A stretch of 64,000 bases of DNA from positions 2,765-66,764 of the forward strand of contig DSCS01000026.1 in NCBI GenBank assembly GCA_011048995.1. Direction: 5' to 3'. Of the stretch, positions 60,541 through 64,000 are shown in pieces. The notes under the pieces are model-generated. The model did no database searches. It saw only the letters and a program-made list of their open reading frames with translations, and was not told the origin of the DNA. Position numbers and translations under genes: made by a program. Within the stretch, counting starts at the first letter, position 1; every line of letters begins with the position of its first letter. The DNA is from Bacillota bacterium (GTDB lineage: Bacteria > Macinerneyibacteriota > Macinerneyibacteria > Macinerneyibacteriales > DSCS01).

Positions 60541-62150
60541 TGGCGATGAAAATCAATGCAGAAGAACTGAAAGAAGTACTGCAGCACGAATTGGAAGGCT
60601 ATAAGGCCGAAATCGATATTTCCGAGACGGGAACCGTTATCGAGGTCGGAGATGGTATTGCCCGCGTATACGGGATCAAAAATGCCATGTCCATGGAGCT
60701 TGTCGAGTTTGAAAGCGGTATCAACGGTGTTGTTTTGAATTTAGAGGAAAACAGTGCCGGGGTGGTCGTCTTTGGGGATACGCGGCAGATCAAAGAAGGG
60801 GACAAAGTCAAAACAACGGGAAATATTATGCAGACGGCTGTGGGTGAAGAATTGTTAGGCCGTATTGTAGATCCCTTGTCTCAGCCTCTGGACGGCAAAG
60901 GCGAGATCAAAACCAACGAGTATCTTCCTATTGACACCATCGCACCGGGCATCGTCTACCGGCAGCCCGTCAAAGAGCCTCTGCAGACGGGGATCAAAGC
61001 GATTGATTCTATGATTCCCATCGGCAGGGGGCAGCGCGAACTTATTATCGGAGACAGGCAGACAGGTAAAACGGCGATTGCTGTTGATACAATCATCAAT
61101 CAAAAAGAAAATAAAGTCATCTGTATTTATGTCGCTATCGGGCAGAAACGCTCTACAGTGGCACGGATTGTCGACACGCTGGAAAAATATGGAGCCATGG
61201 AGTATTCCATTATCGTTGCCGCTACAGCAAGTGATCCGGCCCCCCTCCAGTATATCGCCCCTTATGCCGGATGTGCTATGGGCGAATACTTTATGCGAAA
61301 AGGGGAGGATGTTTTGATTATCTACGACGACCTGACAAAACAGGCGGCCGCTTATCGCGAAATGTCCCTTCTTTTGAGGCGACCTCCGGGACGCGAAGCT
61401 TTCCCGGGTGATATCTTTTATCTCCATTCCCGCCTTTTAGAAAGGGCCGCCAAACTTTCAGAAGAGATGGGCGGGGGTTCTTTGACGGCCTTGCCGATCA
61501 TTGAAACCCAGGCCGGAGATATTTCCGCTTATATTCCTACAAATGTGATCTCGATCACAGACGGGCAGATCTTTTTGAGCGCCGACCTTTTTTACTCCGG
61601 TGTCCGCCCGGCGATCAATGTAGGAACATCAGTCTCCCGTGTCGGGGGAAATGCCCAGATCAAAGCGATGAAGCAGGTGGCCGGGACATTGCGGTTGGAT
61701 ATGGCCCAATTCCGGGAACTGGAAGCCTTCGCTCAATTCGGCTCGGAATTGGATCCGGCAACACAGGCTCAGCTCACGCGAGGGCGTCGCCTTGTGGAAG
61801 TTTTGAAACAGCCTCAGTATAAGCCGATGAGTGTGGTAGATCAGATCGTACAGATCTTTACAGGGACGAACGGGTTTTTGGATGACCTTTCCCTGGAGCA
61901 TGTCGGGCCTTTTTTAGATACTGTCCTGGAGGAGCTTCCCGGCACAGCACAGTCTCTTCTTGAAAAAATAGAAAAAGAAAAGACGCTTGATGATCAATTA
62001 AAAGAATCTCTTAAAAAGGAGATCAGCAATATCAAAAGACGTTATCTGGACCTCGCCGGAATAAAAAAAGAGGAGGATCCTCTCTCTCAAGAAACGGGAC
62101 AAGAGCAGGACAAGAATAATGCACAAAAAAAGAAGAAAGAAAAGGATTAA
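60540..62150 (+). CDS. atpA: F1 alpha subunit, with an unusual Lys/Glu-rich C-terminal extension of about 30 aa
   Basis: Walker [10 protein letters not shown]. 537 aa. Confidence 0.95.
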   Translation: MAMKINAEELKEVLQHELEGYKAEIDISETGTVIEVGDGIARVYGIKNAMSMELVEFESGINGVVLNLEENSAGVVVFGDTRQIKEGDKVKTTGNIMQTAVGEELLGRIVDPLSQPLDGKGEIKTNEYLPIDTIAPGIVYRQPVKEPLQTGIKAIDSMIPIGRGQRELIIGDRQTGKTAIAVDTIINQKENKVICIYVAIGQKRSTVARIVDTLEKYGAMEYSIIVAATASDPAPLQYIAPYAGCAMGEYFMRKGEDVLIIYDDLTKQAAAYREMSLLLRRPPGREAFPGDIFYLHSRLLERAAKLSEEMGGGSLTALPIIETQAGDISAYIPTNVISITDGQIFLSADLFYSGVRPAINVGTSVSRVGGNAQIKAMKQVAGTLRLDMAQFRELEAFAQFGSELDPATQAQLTRGRRLVEVLKQPQYKPMSVVDQIVQIFTGTNGFLDDLSLEHVGPFLDTVLEELPGTAQSLLEKIEKEKTLDDQLKESLKKEISNIKRRYLDLAGIKKEEDPLSQETGQEQDKNNAQKKKKEKD

Positions 62151-62159
62151 AGAAAGGTT

Positions 62160-63002
62160 ATGGCCAATTTAAAAGCCATTCGCAAACGTATAACCAGTGT
62201 TCAAAGCACGAAGAAGATCACACGGGCCATGAATATGGTGGCCGCTGCTAAATTACGCAAAATGGAACAGCGTCTTCTGTCCATGCGGCCTTATGCGGAC
62301 ACGCTGATTGCCTTAGTGGAAAAACTGAATTATCACATGGAGACGATTCATCCCTTTTATACTCAAAGAGAAGGGGGTGTGCCCTTTTATGTCTTTATTT
62401 CCGGAGACAAGGGTTTATGCGGTTCTTTCAACAGTAATATTATCAGGTTAGGCCGGGATCTCATAAAAGAGAACCCCCATGCCTATGTTGCCGTAATGGG
62501 AAAAAAGGTGAAAGACGCTTTTCGGCGTATGGATATCTCTGTGGAAGCGGCTTACAGCGATATTTTCGACCCGCCCACATATCATGCCGCCCAGGAGATC
62601 GCTGATTTTCTGTCCGGGTTTTATTTGGAGCATGAAGATGTTTCAAAGATCATTGTCGTCTATAACCGTTTTAAGAACTCGATCGTTTCAGAGATCACAC
62701 AAGAGACTTTTTTGCCCCGTATCAGGGAGATCGAAGAGCCGCGGCGGATCTTTTTAGCTGAGCCCGATGTGACATCCATGCTGGAAGCGGCCATGAAAGA
62801 GTATCTGGAATCGGAGATCTACCGCATCATGATGGAATCTCTGGCCAGTGAACATGGGGCGCGGATGACAGCCATGGAAGCGGCCACGGACAATGCTGAA
62901 GAGATGATCAACGATCTGGTCTTGAAAGCGAACAGAGAACGTCAGTCTATGATTACCACCGAGATCTCTGAGATCGTAGGCGGTGCCAATGCATTACAAT
63001 AG
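62160..63002 (+). CDS. atpG: F1 gamma subunit
   Basis: MANLKAIRKRITSVQSTKKITRAM N-terminus. 280 aa. Confidence 0.93.
   Translation: MANLKAIRKRITSVQSTKKITRAMNMVAAAKLRKMEQRLLSMRPYADTLIALVEKLNYHMETIHPFYTQREGGVPFYVFISGDKGLCGSFNSNIIRLGRDLIKENPHAYVAVMGKKVKDAFRRMDISVEAAYSDIFDPPTYHAAQEIADFLSGFYLEHEDVSKIIVVYNRFKNSIVSEITQETFLPRIREIEEPRRIFLAEPDVTSMLEAAMKEYLESEIYRIMMESLASEHGARMTAMEAATDNAEEMINDLVLKANRERQSMITTEISEIVGGANALQ

Positions 63003-64000
<998 letters not shown>

Overview
This is a chromosomal, housekeeping-rich segment of about 48% GC, read by eye. Most of it is explained by known gene families; I saw no mobile elements or CRISPR arrays, and the lineage cannot be determined from the sequence alone. 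The Na+-type F-ATPase c subunits, the K+-dependent membrane pyrophosphatase and CIRCE/HrcA heat-shock control are consistent with an anaerobe using Na+ bioenergetics.

What the window contains, in order:
- umuC with a partial upstream gene at the left edge, then tRNA-Gln and tRNA-Glu.
- gcvT, then CIRCE-groES-groEL.
- A tldD/pmbA pair.
- Two tandem paralogous four-gene integral-membrane cassettes of unknown function (8014-11520 and 11687-15170).
- trkH-trkA, L-asparaginase, rlpA, an ABC-F ATPase, and a 741-aa multi-zinc-ribbon protein.
- A ComEC-like gene, an M28 lipoprotein peptidase and an Fe-ADH.
- A roughly 1680-aa multidomain signalling protein (pseudokinase, degenerate NTPase, TPR, GAF, GGDEF).
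- An RseC-like gene, topA, xerC, hslV (with no hslU), rph and rdgB.
- CIRCE-hrcA-grpE-dnaK-dnaJ, then a pilin gene and GT4 and GT9 glycosyltransferases.
- recR, ybaB and dnaX on the minus strand, with an SRP RNA (ffs) just upstream of dnaX on the same strand.
- A flavin-reductase-like gene, an Rrf2 regulator, nadA, mutS2 and the membrane pyrophosphatase hppA.
- A membrane protein, an M23 peptidase and a bactofilin, directly followed by an atpZ-atpI-atpB-atpE(fused double)-atpE-atpF-atpH-atpA-atpG-atpD(partial) operon.

The most novel-looking element is the duplicated four-gene membrane cassette. In its fourth gene the exported N-terminal domain has diverged while the C-terminal domain stays nearly identical between copies. 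Other notable points are the giant GGDEF signalling protein, the heteromeric Na+-type c-ring genes, the orphan hslV and the unannotated SRP RNA.
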